From: Anaerolineae bacterium | GTDB lineage: Bacteria; Chloroflexota; Anaerolineae; B4-G1; DUEL01 | NCBI GenBank assembly: GCA_036172315.1 | Contig: JASFBC010000018.1 | Span: 246-64,245 of the forward strand | Direction of reading: 5' to 3' | Length of the DNA stretch: 64,000 bases | Shown here: in pieces, positions 21,195 to 30,361 of the stretch | Layout of the letters: the number at the start of each line of letters is the position of its first letter | Position numbering within the stretch: position 1 is the first letter of the stretch | Position numbers and translations under genes: made by a program | The notes under the pieces: generated by a model | Told to the model about the DNA's origin: nothing | The model's input: only the letters and a program-made list of their open reading frames with translations | The model's database searches: none

Positions 21195-22145
21195 TCACGT
21201 TGACGGTGGACGGTATAGCAGAGAGAGCCACCCCTCCCGCTGATGCCGGTGGGGACAGCGGGGGCAGAGGGCCAGAGCCGCCGCCCGCAGTTCGGGGGTC
21301 TGCTTCTCCGCGTAGCCGGAGGGGCAGTAGGAGCAAGGGATCGCGTCGGTCAGGTCCTGCCGCACCCGCTCCAGCGTGGAGAGAAGGCCCGCAGGGCTGG
21401 AGGTGCCCAGGCGGAACCGCTCCGGCGTCCGCAGTTCGGGCGTGGGCGCGCCGGCGAAGATCAGCCGCACCGCGTCGGCGGCGGTACGGATGCCTCCGGC
21501 GGCCTTCACCCCCATCCCGGGCCCCACCGCCTCCCGCATCCGGCGGATATGCTCCGGCGTCGCGCCGAAGGCTTCCATCCCGGTGGAGTTCTTCACAAAG
21601 TGAGCCCCCGCCTCCTGTGCGATCCGGCAGGCCAGGGTGATATCTTCGCGGCGCAGTTCGGAGGAGCGGATAATGACCTTGATAACCTCCCCGTCGGCTG
21701 CGTCCACCACTGCGGCGATCTCCCGCCAGGTGTACTCGGGGTCGTCCCGGAGACGGCCGACGTTGATGACCATATCCAGTTCCACCCAACCCGGCCCCTC
21801 CTGGCGAAGGGCGCGGCTTTCGGCAACGATGCGGGCCGCCTGATGTGCTTTCATTGCGATGGCGGACTTGCCTAGAGGGAAATCCACCACGTAGCACTCT
21901 TTCACCCCGGTCCCCGCCAGCAGCCGAGGCAGCAGGTCCACCTCCACCGGGTTCACGCAGACCGAGGCGCAGCGGTGGCGGATGGCGGTTTCGGCCAGAG
22001 CGCGGATCTTCGCCTCCGGCGTGTCGGCCCGCAGGTCGGTGGCGTCTATCAGCGCGGCCAGCCGCTGGGGGGTGAGCCAGCGGATAATCTCTTCCAGCGC
22101 GTCGGGTGGGAAATCTACCCGCGGCAGCGACGGCGATTCGTCCAT
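21195..22145 (-). CDS. deoC: Deoxyribose-phosphate aldolase with C-terminal Cys-rich extension
   Basis: DeoC core CASVCVNP...FPLG...ELDMVIN...VIKVIIRSSEL...AHFVKNSTGME (Schiff-base Lys). The C-terminus carries CSYCPSGY...CPRCPHRH. Confidence 0.75.
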   Translation of the reverse strand: MDESPSLPRVDFPPDALEEIIRWLTPQRLAALIDATDLRADTPEAKIRALAETAIRHRCASVCVNPVEVDLLPRLLAGTGVKECYVVDFPLGKSAIAMKAHQAARIVAESRALRQEGPGWVELDMVINVGRLRDDPEYTWREIAAVVDAADGEVIKVIIRSSELRREDITLACRIAQEAGAHFVKNSTGMEAFGATPEHIRRMREAVGPGMGVKAAGGIRTAADAVRLIFAGAPTPELRTPERFRLGTSSPAGLLSTLERVRQDLTDAIPCSYCPSGYAEKQTPELRAAALALCPRCPHRHQREGWLSLLYRPPST

Positions 22146-22153
22146 CGTACCTC

Positions 22154-22750
22154 CTATTCCTCGCCGTGAGACGGAAAGGGGTGATGAGCCACCAGCCCCC
22201 AGTACTGGGGGGGCCAGTAGCAGAGCCAGGCTTTGCCGATAATGTTCTTGCGCGGCAACGGCCCCCAGGCGTGGGAATCGCTGGAGTTGGCGCGGTTATC
22301 GCCCAGGACGAAGTACTCATCTGGCCCCAGGCTCCAGGTGCCCGTATACGGAATGCCCGAATTCAAATACGGCTCGTCCAGCCGGTACCCGTTGATCCAG
22401 ACCGCGCCGTCCCGAACCTCCACCCGCTCCCCGGGCAGGCCGATGATGCGCTTGATGTAGTCCTCCCCCGTCCCGTTGGGGGAGACGAAGACCACAATAT
22501 CCCCTCGCTGGGGTTCGCGGAAGCGATAACTGATTTTGCTGACGACCAGATACTGACCGTTGTGGAGCATAGGCTCCATGCTGGAGCCCCGGACGTAGAA
22601 GCGGCCCGTCAGCGCATTGATGACCAGATAGATGAGCATCGCCAGGACGAAGGTCTCCCCCACATCCCGCAGGAAAAAGCGGGCGGGTGACGGCCGCTCC
22701 GGGGCCGGGGTGGGCCTGAACGCTTCCAGTTCAGCGGGTTGTGAATCCAA
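22154..22750 (-). CDS. lepB: Signal peptidase I
   Basis: GSSMEPML (catalytic Ser), YIKRIIGLPGERV (Lys box), YFVLGDNRANSSDSHAWGP. Confidence 0.9.
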   Translation of the reverse strand: MDSQPAELEAFRPTPAPERPSPARFFLRDVGETFVLAMLIYLVINALTGRFYVRGSSMEPMLHNGQYLVVSKISYRFREPQRGDIVVFVSPNGTGEDYIKRIIGLPGERVEVRDGAVWINGYRLDEPYLNSGIPYTGTWSLGPDEYFVLGDNRANSSDSHAWGPLPRKNIIGKAWLCYWPPQYWGLVAHHPFPSHGEE

Positions 22751-22772
22751 TGATACCTCCCAGGATCGTCTT

Positions 22773-23563
22773 TTACAGACGATGCGCGTAGAGAAAACCC
22801 AGATAGGGGTGAACGGGGTTCGGGGTCACCCGCGTTCGGAATCCATGCCGGTGCAGGTAACTGATCAGGTCAGTATGGGTGAATTGAGTGAAACCATCGT
22901 GATACTCCAGGCACATTCGGGGAATCCTCTCCAGGATAGTAGGGGAAGTTCCGAAGAGCACATCAAACTCGCATCCTTCGCAGTCCATTTTCAGAAAGTC
23001 ACATTTGGTCTCAAGGACATCTTCTAAGGTCAGCGCTTGCACCTCTAAAGAAGGGATTAAGCCAGCGGATGGCTGATTGGCTATGGTGGTGTACTGGACG
23101 GCTTCCCCTCTGGCGAACAGCCTTAACGTTTCGCGTCTGGCCCCAACGGCCATCGGGAACACCGAAACATTCCGGACGCCGTTCAGGGCGATATTCTCCT
23201 GGAGCAACCGGTACGATTCCGGGAAGGGCTCATAGGCATAGATAGACTACGGGGATTCTCGCGAGCAATCAGGATGGCGAAATCACCGAGACCGGCACCT
23301 ATATCAATCACCGTCCAACCGTCCTCAATTCGCGTGCCGTATAATTCATACTGCCGGTCCAAGCAAGTCTCCTTGATAATCCAGACATCCATCAGGCTCC
23401 GCACCTGGAATCGGCATCCGTTCCTGAGCCAGATGACGGCCTGTTTGCCCGACAAAAGGTGGAACAAGAAAGGCCAGTTCTCAATCTCTCCAAAGAGGGT
23501 TGGGATGGAACGGAAATAATAGCCAAGGCGCGAGGCTATTCCGGTGGCCCTGGTCATGGACAT
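22773..23563 (-). pseudogene. FkbM-family SAM-dependent methyltransferase disrupted by a frameshift (two ORFs 23183-23563 and 22773-23207)
   Basis: The N-terminal ORF has the SAM motif VIDIGAGLGDFAILIARENP. In another frame the sequence continues as SIYAYEPFPESYRLLQENIALNGVRNV, through to the FkbM signature FLKMDCEGCEFDVL. A 1-nt frameshift lies near 23215-23225. Confidence 0.7.
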
Positions 23564-23679
23564 GCTCCCGAAGGGTTTAATGCCAGGGCGGGGTCAACGA
23601 CGAGGCTTTCACTCTGTTCTCCCATTCACTTGTAACTGTAACTATCTACCAGGCCTGGCGGCCTGCGCTACATTGTCTA

Positions 23680-24186
23680 TTATAATCCAGATTGACCGAG
23701 CAGCAACTCCTCCGAAACCACCCTCACCCCCTCCCGCCGCAGAAGGGCGGCGGTGACGCCTTCCCCGGAGACCAGCCGCCCACTATGGGTTCCGTCGTAG
23801 ATGCCGGAAGGGCTACAGGAGGGGCTGCGGGCCTTCATCACGGCCAGCCGGATACCGTACCGCCGGACCAGAGCCAGCGCCGCTTCTGCTCCCCGAAGGA
23901 AGGCCTCCGTCACGTCCTCCCCCACTGGGGTGAGGACGCGCGCCCGGCCATCCAGAACGTCGCTGCCGCTGCCGCCGGCGATCTCCGCCGGCGGACGGGG
24001 TACCGAAAGTCCGCCCGCTACCTCCGGGCAGACCGGGACCACCCGCCCCAGCGCCGCCAGCCGGACCAGTTCCGCCACAGCATGCCCACCCCCGTCGTAG
24101 GCTATGGGCAACCCCAACAGACACGCACTGACCAGGATCACATCCTCCCCGTTCATCGTTCTCTCCCGGATAACAAAATCTGCCAT
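23680..24186 (-). CDS. DUF523-family protein (2-thiouracil desulfurase-like family)
   Basis: ILVSACLLGLPIAYDGGGH...PVCPEVAGGLSVPRPPAEI matches the DUF523 core. The start could instead be the internal ATG at 24156. Confidence 0.6.
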   Translation of the reverse strand: MADFVIRERTMNGEDVILVSACLLGLPIAYDGGGHAVAELVRLAALGRVVPVCPEVAGGLSVPRPPAEIAGGSGSDVLDGRARVLTPVGEDVTEAFLRGAEAALALVRRYGIRLAVMKARSPSCSPSGIYDGTHSGRLVSGEGVTAALLRREGVRVVSEELLLGQSGL

Positions 24187-24280
24187 GTATTATACCCTTC
24201 CCCACCAGAAAGCAAGATGGAGAGAAGGCCTCCCCCGGCACCCCTGCCCTGCCTTGTATCCGAACCTCAGGGCCTCCCCC

Positions 24281-24345
24281 TTGACATCCGGCAAGAACTG
24301 TGCTATAATCATAGCGCATTAGTTCAATGGATTATTAGTTCAATG
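24281..24345 (+). promoter_or_regulatory. gntR promoter (TTGACA-17-TATAAT) plus tandem direct repeat ATTAGTTCAATG x2 (putative autoregulatory operator)
   Basis: TTGACA at 24281-24286 and TATAAT at 24304-24309. Repeats lie at 24318-24329 and 24334-24345, the second overlapping the ATG. Confidence 0.65.
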
Positions 24346-24720
24346 AGATTGCAGATAGAGCCCCAGAGCCCGATCCCCATCTACGTCCAGATTGAGGAGC
24401 AGGTGCGGGCACTGATTGCGGCGGGGCAACTGCGCCCCGGGGACCAGTTGCCCACCATCCGCCAACTGGCCGTGGACCTGGGGGTGAACTACAACACCGT
24501 TGCCCGGGCCTACCTGGAACTGGAGCGCGCCGGGGTCATCACCACCCAGCGCGGGCGGGGGACCTTTGTCGCCGGAGTGCCGGACGAGGCCCGGCAAGCC
24601 CAACTGCGGGAGGAGAAACTGCGCGCCCTCCTGCGGGCGGCGATAGACGAGGCGCTCCGCCTGGGATATACTCAGGATGAAATCACGACCGCGTTCCGGC
24701 AGGAAGTCGGACGCGGATAA
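24343..24720 (+). CDS. GntR-family transcriptional regulator, YtrA-like (short C-terminus)
   Basis: IPIYVQIEEQVRALIAAGQLRPGDQLPTIRQLAVDLGVNYNTVARAYLELERAGVITTQRGRGTFV is a GntR wHTH. 125 aa. Confidence 0.85.
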   Translation: MRLQIEPQSPIPIYVQIEEQVRALIAAGQLRPGDQLPTIRQLAVDLGVNYNTVARAYLELERAGVITTQRGRGTFVAGVPDEARQAQLREEKLRALLRAAIDEALRLGYTQDEITTAFRQEVGRG

Positions 24721-24726
24721 CCGCAG

Positions 24727-25779
24727 ATGAACCCGGAGGAGTTCAAAGAAATTCTACTACCGACAAAGGAGGCAATGATGGTCGTAGTTCCGGCAACTCA
24801 ATCCCGGCGCGGGGAGCGCGCCCTGGTATCGGGGACGGTTCAGCGGAAAGAGACCGCCCTAAAGGGCTTCAGCGGACTGGCCCTGGGCATCTTCTTCATC
24901 CTGCTGGTTGTCTCCCTCATCCTGGCCGTCATCCTGGATGCCCTGGAAATCCCGGACGGCTGGATTGCCGCTGAGGTCGTCGTCCTCAACCTGGTGGGCC
25001 TCTACATCCTCTTCGCCTTGCGCGTCGCCAACCAGTGGGAGAAGGCCATCGTCCTGCGGCTGGGGCGCTTCCGGGGCCTCAAAGGCCCCGGCCCATTCTG
25101 GGTCGTCCCGGTCGTGGATACCATCCCGGCGATGGTGGACCATCGGGTGATGGTCACCCCCTTCACGGCGGAGCGGACGCTGACGAAGGATTCGGTGCCG
25201 GTGAACGTGGATGCCGTCCTCTTCTGGGTGGTCTGGGATGCGCAAAAGGCCGTGCTGGAGGTAGAGGACTACCAGACCGCCATCGCCTGGGCCGCCCAGA
25301 CGGCCTTGCGGGAAATCATCGGTCAGATGGACCTGGCCAGCATCCTGGTCGGACGGACGGTGATGGACGCCGAACTCCAGCGCATCATTGACGAGCGGAC
25401 GACGCCCTGGGGGATCACTGTCCAGTCGGTGGAAATCCGCGATATCGTCATCCCGGAGGCGCTGGAGGATGCGATGAGCCGTCAGGCGCAGGCGGAGCGG
25501 GAGCGGCAGGCGCGGGTCATCCTGGGGGAGAGCGAGAAGCAGATCGCCGCGTCTTTCGCCGAGGCCGCGCAGGCCTACCGGGATAACCCCACCGCGCTCC
25601 ACCTGCGGGCGATGAACATGCTCTTTGAGGGACTGAAGGAGAAAGGCGCGCTGGTCATCGTCCCCTCCAGCGCGGTGGAGACAATGAATCTGGGCGGGCT
25701 GATGGGAGTGGCCTCTTTGACGGGCACCCTGCAGACGCTCCTCGGAGGACAGCCCCCGGCCCCGCCCCAGGAGGGTTGA
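24727..25779 (+). CDS. SPFH/band-7 (stomatin-like) membrane protein
   Basis: N-terminal TM helices, then the SPFH core QWEKAIVLRLGRFRGLKGPGPFWVVPVVD...VNVDAVLFWVVWDAQKAVLEVEDY. Coiled-coil C-terminus. Confidence 0.85.
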   Translation: MNPEEFKEILLPTKEAMMVVVPATQSRRGERALVSGTVQRKETALKGFSGLALGIFFILLVVSLILAVILDALEIPDGWIAAEVVVLNLVGLYILFALRVANQWEKAIVLRLGRFRGLKGPGPFWVVPVVDTIPAMVDHRVMVTPFTAERTLTKDSVPVNVDAVLFWVVWDAQKAVLEVEDYQTAIAWAAQTALREIIGQMDLASILVGRTVMDAELQRIIDERTTPWGITVQSVEIRDIVIPEALEDAMSRQAQAERERQARVILGESEKQIAASFAEAAQAYRDNPTALHLRAMNMLFEGLKEKGALVIVPSSAVETMNLGGLMGVASLTGTLQTLLGGQPPAPPQEG

Positions 25780-25780
25780 G

Positions 25781-26284
25781 ATGGCCACCGAGGTGCGGCG
25801 GGCAGATCAGATAGAGGTCATCCCTTCCGGCTTCCTCAGCCTCCGCTACGAGTTTCGCTCTCCTGGAGGAACGCTGGGGGCACTGACCCTCCCCGCCTTC
25901 CGAACGGAGGGCCGGTTTCAGGACGCCGATGGCCGCCAGTGGCGGATGCGGCGGAGCCACTGGTGGCGGCGGGAGTATGAACTGCGGGCCGACGACGCGG
26001 TGGCGGCAACGGCGCGGGGACGGGGGTTCTGGCGGACCGACCTGGACCTGGAATTTGGAGGGCAGTTGTATCGGCTGGAGTCCGCTGACCGCTGGGGCGG
26101 GAAGTGGCGACTCCTGGGCCCGGCGGGGACAGCGCTGCTGGAAATCCGGCGGCGCGGGGTGCTGCGCTCGGGGCTGGTCGTGGACGTGCGGGGGCCGGTG
26201 GCGGGGGAACTGCTGGCCTTCGCCGTCTACCTGATCGTGACCATCGGGCGGGAGCACGCAGCGGCCGCGGCTGCCAGAGCGTAG
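25781..26284 (+). CDS. Hypothetical Trp/Arg-rich protein with C-terminal hydrophobic segment
   Basis: Starts 2 nt after the SPFH stop with an AGGAGGG RBS. No family recognised. Confidence 0.45.
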   Translation: MATEVRRADQIEVIPSGFLSLRYEFRSPGGTLGALTLPAFRTEGRFQDADGRQWRMRRSHWWRREYELRADDAVAATARGRGFWRTDLDLEFGGQLYRLESADRWGGKWRLLGPAGTALLEIRRRGVLRSGLVVDVRGPVAGELLAFAVYLIVTIGREHAAAAAARA

Positions 26285-26333
26285 AGCAACGTGCCAGGCA
26301 CTTCCGGAATTCCTGGCGCATTCAGGAGGCAAA

Positions 26334-27104
26334 ATGTTGATTCCGGCGTTTATCGCGGAGATTCTCATCATGTTGGGCGCGCCGGTGGCGCTCTGGCTCT
26401 TCCTGCGGCAGAAGTATCGGGTTGCCTGGGGGCTGATCGGGGTGGGCGTGCTGACCTTCATCATCTCCCAGGTGGTACATATTCCGCTGAATCTGGGCTT
26501 GGGCCTGATCGGAGAGGGGCGCGGGGGGGCGTTATGGCCTCTGCCGGCGATGGCCGCTGTGGCGGGCATGAGCGCTGGGGTCTGCGAAGAGGGGGCTCGC
26601 TACCTGGTGCTCCGTTTCTGGCGAAAGGAGGCCCGCTCCTGGGCCCAGGGACTGGCCTTCGGCGCCGGGCACGGGGGGATAGAATCCATCTTGTTGGGGC
26701 TCTCCGTCCTGAGCGGTTTCGTCGGCATGCTGGTGCTCAGCAGGCTGGGTCCCGAAAACCTGGGGCTTTCCGGGGAACTGCTGGAGCAGACCCGACAGCA
26801 AATGGAAGCGTACTGGGCGATTCCCTGGTACCTGCCGCTTCTGGGCGGGCTGGAACGGGTCTTCGCTATCACTATGCACCTGGCCTGGACACTACTGGTG
26901 CTGCGGGCAGTGGTGCGGAGAAACCTCTTCTGGCTGGCCCTGGCGGTACTGGCCCATGCGCTGGTGGACGGGCTGGCCGTCGGCCTGATGCGGTCGGGGG
27001 TGTCCCTTCCGGTGATAGAGGGGGTGGTCTTCCTGCTGGGGCTGGGCGCGCTGGCCCTTATCCTGTTTCTGCGGCCGCGCGAGGCGGAAGCCGCCGATGG
27101 ATGA
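26334..27104 (+). CDS. YhfC-family (CPBP-related) putative intramembrane metalloprotease
   Basis: Polytopic membrane protein with CEEGARY (EExxR), AFGAGHGG and HALVDG motifs, as in YhfC/CPBP intramembrane proteases. Confidence 0.5.
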   Translation: MLIPAFIAEILIMLGAPVALWLFLRQKYRVAWGLIGVGVLTFIISQVVHIPLNLGLGLIGEGRGGALWPLPAMAAVAGMSAGVCEEGARYLVLRFWRKEARSWAQGLAFGAGHGGIESILLGLSVLSGFVGMLVLSRLGPENLGLSGELLEQTRQQMEAYWAIPWYLPLLGGLERVFAITMHLAWTLLVLRAVVRRNLFWLALAVLAHALVDGLAVGLMRSGVSLPVIEGVVFLLGLGALALILFLRPREAEAADG

Positions 27105-27364
27105 GGCGTGCGCCCGCGCGGGATAGAAACGCGGAAGCACCCTGAGGAAGCGCAGGTACCCCCTGCGCTCCTCATTTCCACCTGTGCGGTTCGCCAGTTT
27201 TTGAAACGCTTCTTGGCCTGGGTGTCACCCGGGAACCGCACCGGTGGATTTTTTTCGTTCGCCCCTTTTCCGCTTTGTGCTATAATTAGCGCGCGATGCC
27301 CCAATTGGCCCGGGACGTTTCACGTGAAACAATTCAGAACGCCTGCTCCCCGGGAAGTCAGGAA

Positions 27365-28198
27365 ATGGATCCCGCCCTGTATTCCCATCTCATAGACCTG
27401 GCCCTGGCCGAGGATATCGGCCCCGGAGACGTTACCTCGGAGGCGGTGCTGCCGCCAGGCCTTCGCCTCCGCGCCCATATCGTCGCCAAACAGGGAGGAG
27501 TCATCGCCGGGTTGCCCGTTGCCGAGGCCGTCTTCCGGCGAGTGGACCCGTCCGTCCGCTTCACCCCGGGCGTCGGAGACGGCGCGCAGGTGGAGGCCGG
27601 GACCGTCCTGGCGGAGGTGGAGGGGCCGGCCCGAAGCCTCCTGGCAGCGGAACGGACCGCCCTCAACTTCCTCCAGCGCCTCTCCGGTATCGCCACCTTC
27701 ACCCGCCGCTTCGTGGATGCCGTCGCCGGGACGCGCGCCATCATCCTGGACACCCGTAAGACCCACCCTGGCTGGCGGGCCCTGGAGAAGTACGCCGTCC
27801 GCATGGGCGGCGGGCGGAACCATCGCATGGGCCTCTACGATATGATCCTCATCAAGGACAATCATATCGCGGCGGCAGGTTCCATCACCGAAGCCGTCCG
27901 GCGGGCCCGCGCGGCCTGCCCCGACCTGCCCCTGGAGGTGGAAGTCAAGAATCTGGACGAACTGCGGGAGGCATTGGAACTGCCCGTGGACCGGATTATG
28001 CTGGACAACTTTGACTTGGAGGGCATTCGTGCCGCCGTCCGCATCGCCGCCGGACGGGTGCCGCTGGAGGTCTCCGGCGGGGTGACGCTGGAGCGGGTCG
28101 CCGAACTGGCCGCGACGGGGGTGGACTATATCTCCGTGGGCGCGCTGACGCACTCCGCCCCGGCGCTGGATATGAGTATGGAAGTGGTAGGCAAGTAG
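27365..28198 (+). CDS. nadC: Nicotinate-nucleotide pyrophosphorylase (quinolinate phosphoribosyltransferase)
   Basis: LIDLALAEDIGPGDVTS...ILDTRKTHPGWRALEKYAVRMGGGRNHRMGLYDMILIKDNHI is a clear NadC signature. Confidence 0.9.
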   Translation: MDPALYSHLIDLALAEDIGPGDVTSEAVLPPGLRLRAHIVAKQGGVIAGLPVAEAVFRRVDPSVRFTPGVGDGAQVEAGTVLAEVEGPARSLLAAERTALNFLQRLSGIATFTRRFVDAVAGTRAIILDTRKTHPGWRALEKYAVRMGGGRNHRMGLYDMILIKDNHIAAAGSITEAVRRARAACPDLPLEVEVKNLDELREALELPVDRIMLDNFDLEGIRAAVRIAAGRVPLEVSGGVTLERVAELAATGVDYISVGALTHSAPALDMSMEVVGK

Positions 28199-28290
28199 AA
28201 AGGTAGACAGGTGGACAAGGCAAGGAGAGAAGTGGATGGCCGTTCGTAGCAAGGCACGAAACGAAGGGGAGTGCCGTTCGGAGGTGAAAA

Positions 28291-28782
28291 ATGTCCGTAC
28301 CTCAGACCGTCGGCGAATTGCTGGATATTCTGATCGCAGGGGAGAAGGCCTCGCAGAAGTTCCACCTGCGGCTTCAGCGGATGTTCGCCCATCATCCCCG
28401 CGCCGCAGAGGTGTTCTGGGCTATGGCCGCTGACGAAGCCCTTCATGTCTGGATGTTGCAGCAGGCCCAGGAGGCTCTCACCCCGGAGCAGGCGGCAACT
28501 CCCCTTCCCCACGAGGTTGCCTGGAAAGTCTCCGAAATGATGGCCCTTTCGCCGGAAGCGATTCTCCATCGCATCCATACCCTGGAAGATGCCTATCAAA
28601 CCGTCCACGAACTGGAAGCCTACGAGTTCGGCGCCGTCCTGGATTTCATCCCCTCTGAGTTTTTCCCCGGGGAGTACCAGCGACAATTTTTGTATTCCCA
28701 GTTAAAAGAGCACACAGGCCGGCTGGAGAGGCTGGACCCGCCTGAATGGCGCCAGGAAATTCTGGCTCTCCGGGAGGCATAG
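28291..28782 (+). CDS. Ferritin-like/four-helix-bundle hypothetical protein
   Basis: Helical protein with ExxH-type motifs (EKASQKFH, DEALHVW, EAYEFG). Family not certain. Confidence 0.4.
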   Translation: MSVPQTVGELLDILIAGEKASQKFHLRLQRMFAHHPRAAEVFWAMAADEALHVWMLQQAQEALTPEQAATPLPHEVAWKVSEMMALSPEAILHRIHTLEDAYQTVHELEAYEFGAVLDFIPSEFFPGEYQRQFLYSQLKEHTGRLERLDPPEWRQEILALREA

Positions 28783-28783
28783 T

Positions 28784-29917
28784 ATGGAAGGGAAAAGCGT
28801 CGTCTACTTTGCAACTGCCAGAGCCGCCCGCTGGGATTATGAATATAGCCTGGCCGCCCGGCTGGAGCGGATGCTGGAGCGGCTGAATCTGGGAAGCCGG
28901 ATAGAGAAAGACGAGTACGTCGCGATCAAAACGCACTTCGGGTCGCCCGGCGCCCACCGCATCGTGCGCCCCCTCTTCCTGCGCAAGATCGCCGACGCGG
29001 TCAAGGCTGTGGGGGGCAAGCCCTTCGTCTGCGATACGGTGCGGATCAACGGTTGGGACTATTTGGAGGTCGCCAATCAGAACGGGATCAACCCCCAGTC
29101 CGTCGGATGTCCGGTCATCCTGGCCGACGGCCTCTTCGGCTATGACAGCATAGAAGTCCCCGCCGGCCCCATTCTGGGCTCCGTCCGGGTCGCCTCCGCC
29201 ATCTACGATGCCCCGGCGATGATCGTGGTCTCCCATTGCAAGGGGCACATAGAGGCCGGGTACGGCGGGGCGATCAAGAATCTGGCTATGGGAGGCGTGG
29301 CGGGCCGTCATCGCAGCGGAGACTGGCGACAGGCACGCGGCCATCTCCATGCCGCCGGTCCCGAATCCACCCTGGAGCGCTACCCGGAACTGTGCATCCT
29401 CTGCCTCCAGTGCCTTCACGTCTGCCCGACAGGGGCCATTTCGGAAGTGGACGGCACCCTGGTAGTGGACGATGAGAAATGCTGGCGCTGCGGACGCTGT
29501 GAACGGGTCTGCCCCGAAGGGGCCATCCGGCTCCAGAAGCGGGGGCGAGACGAGTTCCAGGCCGCCCTGGCCGAGGCGGCGCAGGCCGTCCTCTCCACGT
29601 TCCGGCCGGGCAAGGTTGTCTTCCTGAACTTCGCGCTGGAGGTACAGCCCGAATGCGACTGTATGCCGATGGCGGATACCCCCATCGTTCAGGACCAGGG
29701 GATTTTCGGAGGGGATGACGTTGTGGCGGTGGAACAGGCGACGTTGGATGCCATCAACCGCGCCCTGCCGTTGCCCCAGTCCGCCGCCGCTGACCGGGGG
29801 GTTCAGCCCGGCCAGCGCATCCTGACGGAGACGCTGGGGATAGACGGACAGTTACACGTGGACGCCGCCGCTGCCCTGGGGATGGGACGGCGGGAATACC
29901 AGCTGGTGGAGGTCTGA
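28784..29917 (+). CDS. DUF362 domain protein with internal 2x[4Fe-4S] ferredoxin domain
   Basis: DUF362-like N-terminus (VAIKTHFGSPGAHRIVRPLF...ILADGLFG). CILCLQCLHVCPTGAI and CWRCGRCERVCPEGAI are two CxxCxxCxxxCP clusters. Confidence 0.7.
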   Translation: MEGKSVVYFATARAARWDYEYSLAARLERMLERLNLGSRIEKDEYVAIKTHFGSPGAHRIVRPLFLRKIADAVKAVGGKPFVCDTVRINGWDYLEVANQNGINPQSVGCPVILADGLFGYDSIEVPAGPILGSVRVASAIYDAPAMIVVSHCKGHIEAGYGGAIKNLAMGGVAGRHRSGDWRQARGHLHAAGPESTLERYPELCILCLQCLHVCPTGAISEVDGTLVVDDEKCWRCGRCERVCPEGAIRLQKRGRDEFQAALAEAAQAVLSTFRPGKVVFLNFALEVQPECDCMPMADTPIVQDQGIFGGDDVVAVEQATLDAINRALPLPQSAAADRGVQPGQRILTETLGIDGQLHVDAAAALGMGRREYQLVEV

Positions 29918-29990
29918 GGCAAACAAAAATAGCGCACCATGGCGTTCGCCATAGTGCGCAAATGAGGAGGGCAGCGGGAGAGGGCGCTGA

Positions 29991-30264
29991 TCAGGATTTG
30001 CTCATCATCTGGTGGAAAAATCGCATCAACCGCGCCTTGCGTCGGGCGGCGTTGTTCTTGTGGATGATGCCCTTCTCGGCCGCCTTATCCAGCGCGCCGT
30101 ATGCCCGCCGAATGGCCTCCCGAGCCTCCTCCGGTCGGCCGGAGAGGATGGCCAGGCGGGCTTTTTTGACCATTGTCCGGGTGCGCGTGCGGAACATCTG
30201 GTTGCGCAGCCGCCGACGCTCGTTTTTGCGGATATTCTTGATAGCCGACTTCGTGTTTGCCAAC
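29991..30264 (-). CDS. rpsT: 30S ribosomal protein S20 (bS20), TTG start
   Basis: (M)[34 protein letters not shown] is the bS20 signature. TTG start with GGAGGGA RBS. Confidence 0.9.
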
Positions 30265-30361
30265 GCTTCCCTCCCTGATTGGATGTGGGTATATTCTACC
30301 GCAACTTGCCGGATTTGTCCAGTGCGCGTACATGCCGGCACCTCCAAAGGTGCCTGGCCCG

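Noticed and set aside
23564-23679. Mobile element or IS remnant next to the frameshifted FkbM gene
   Set aside because: There is no transposase-like ORF and no long terminal inverted repeats. Only a single degenerate REP-like hairpin is present.
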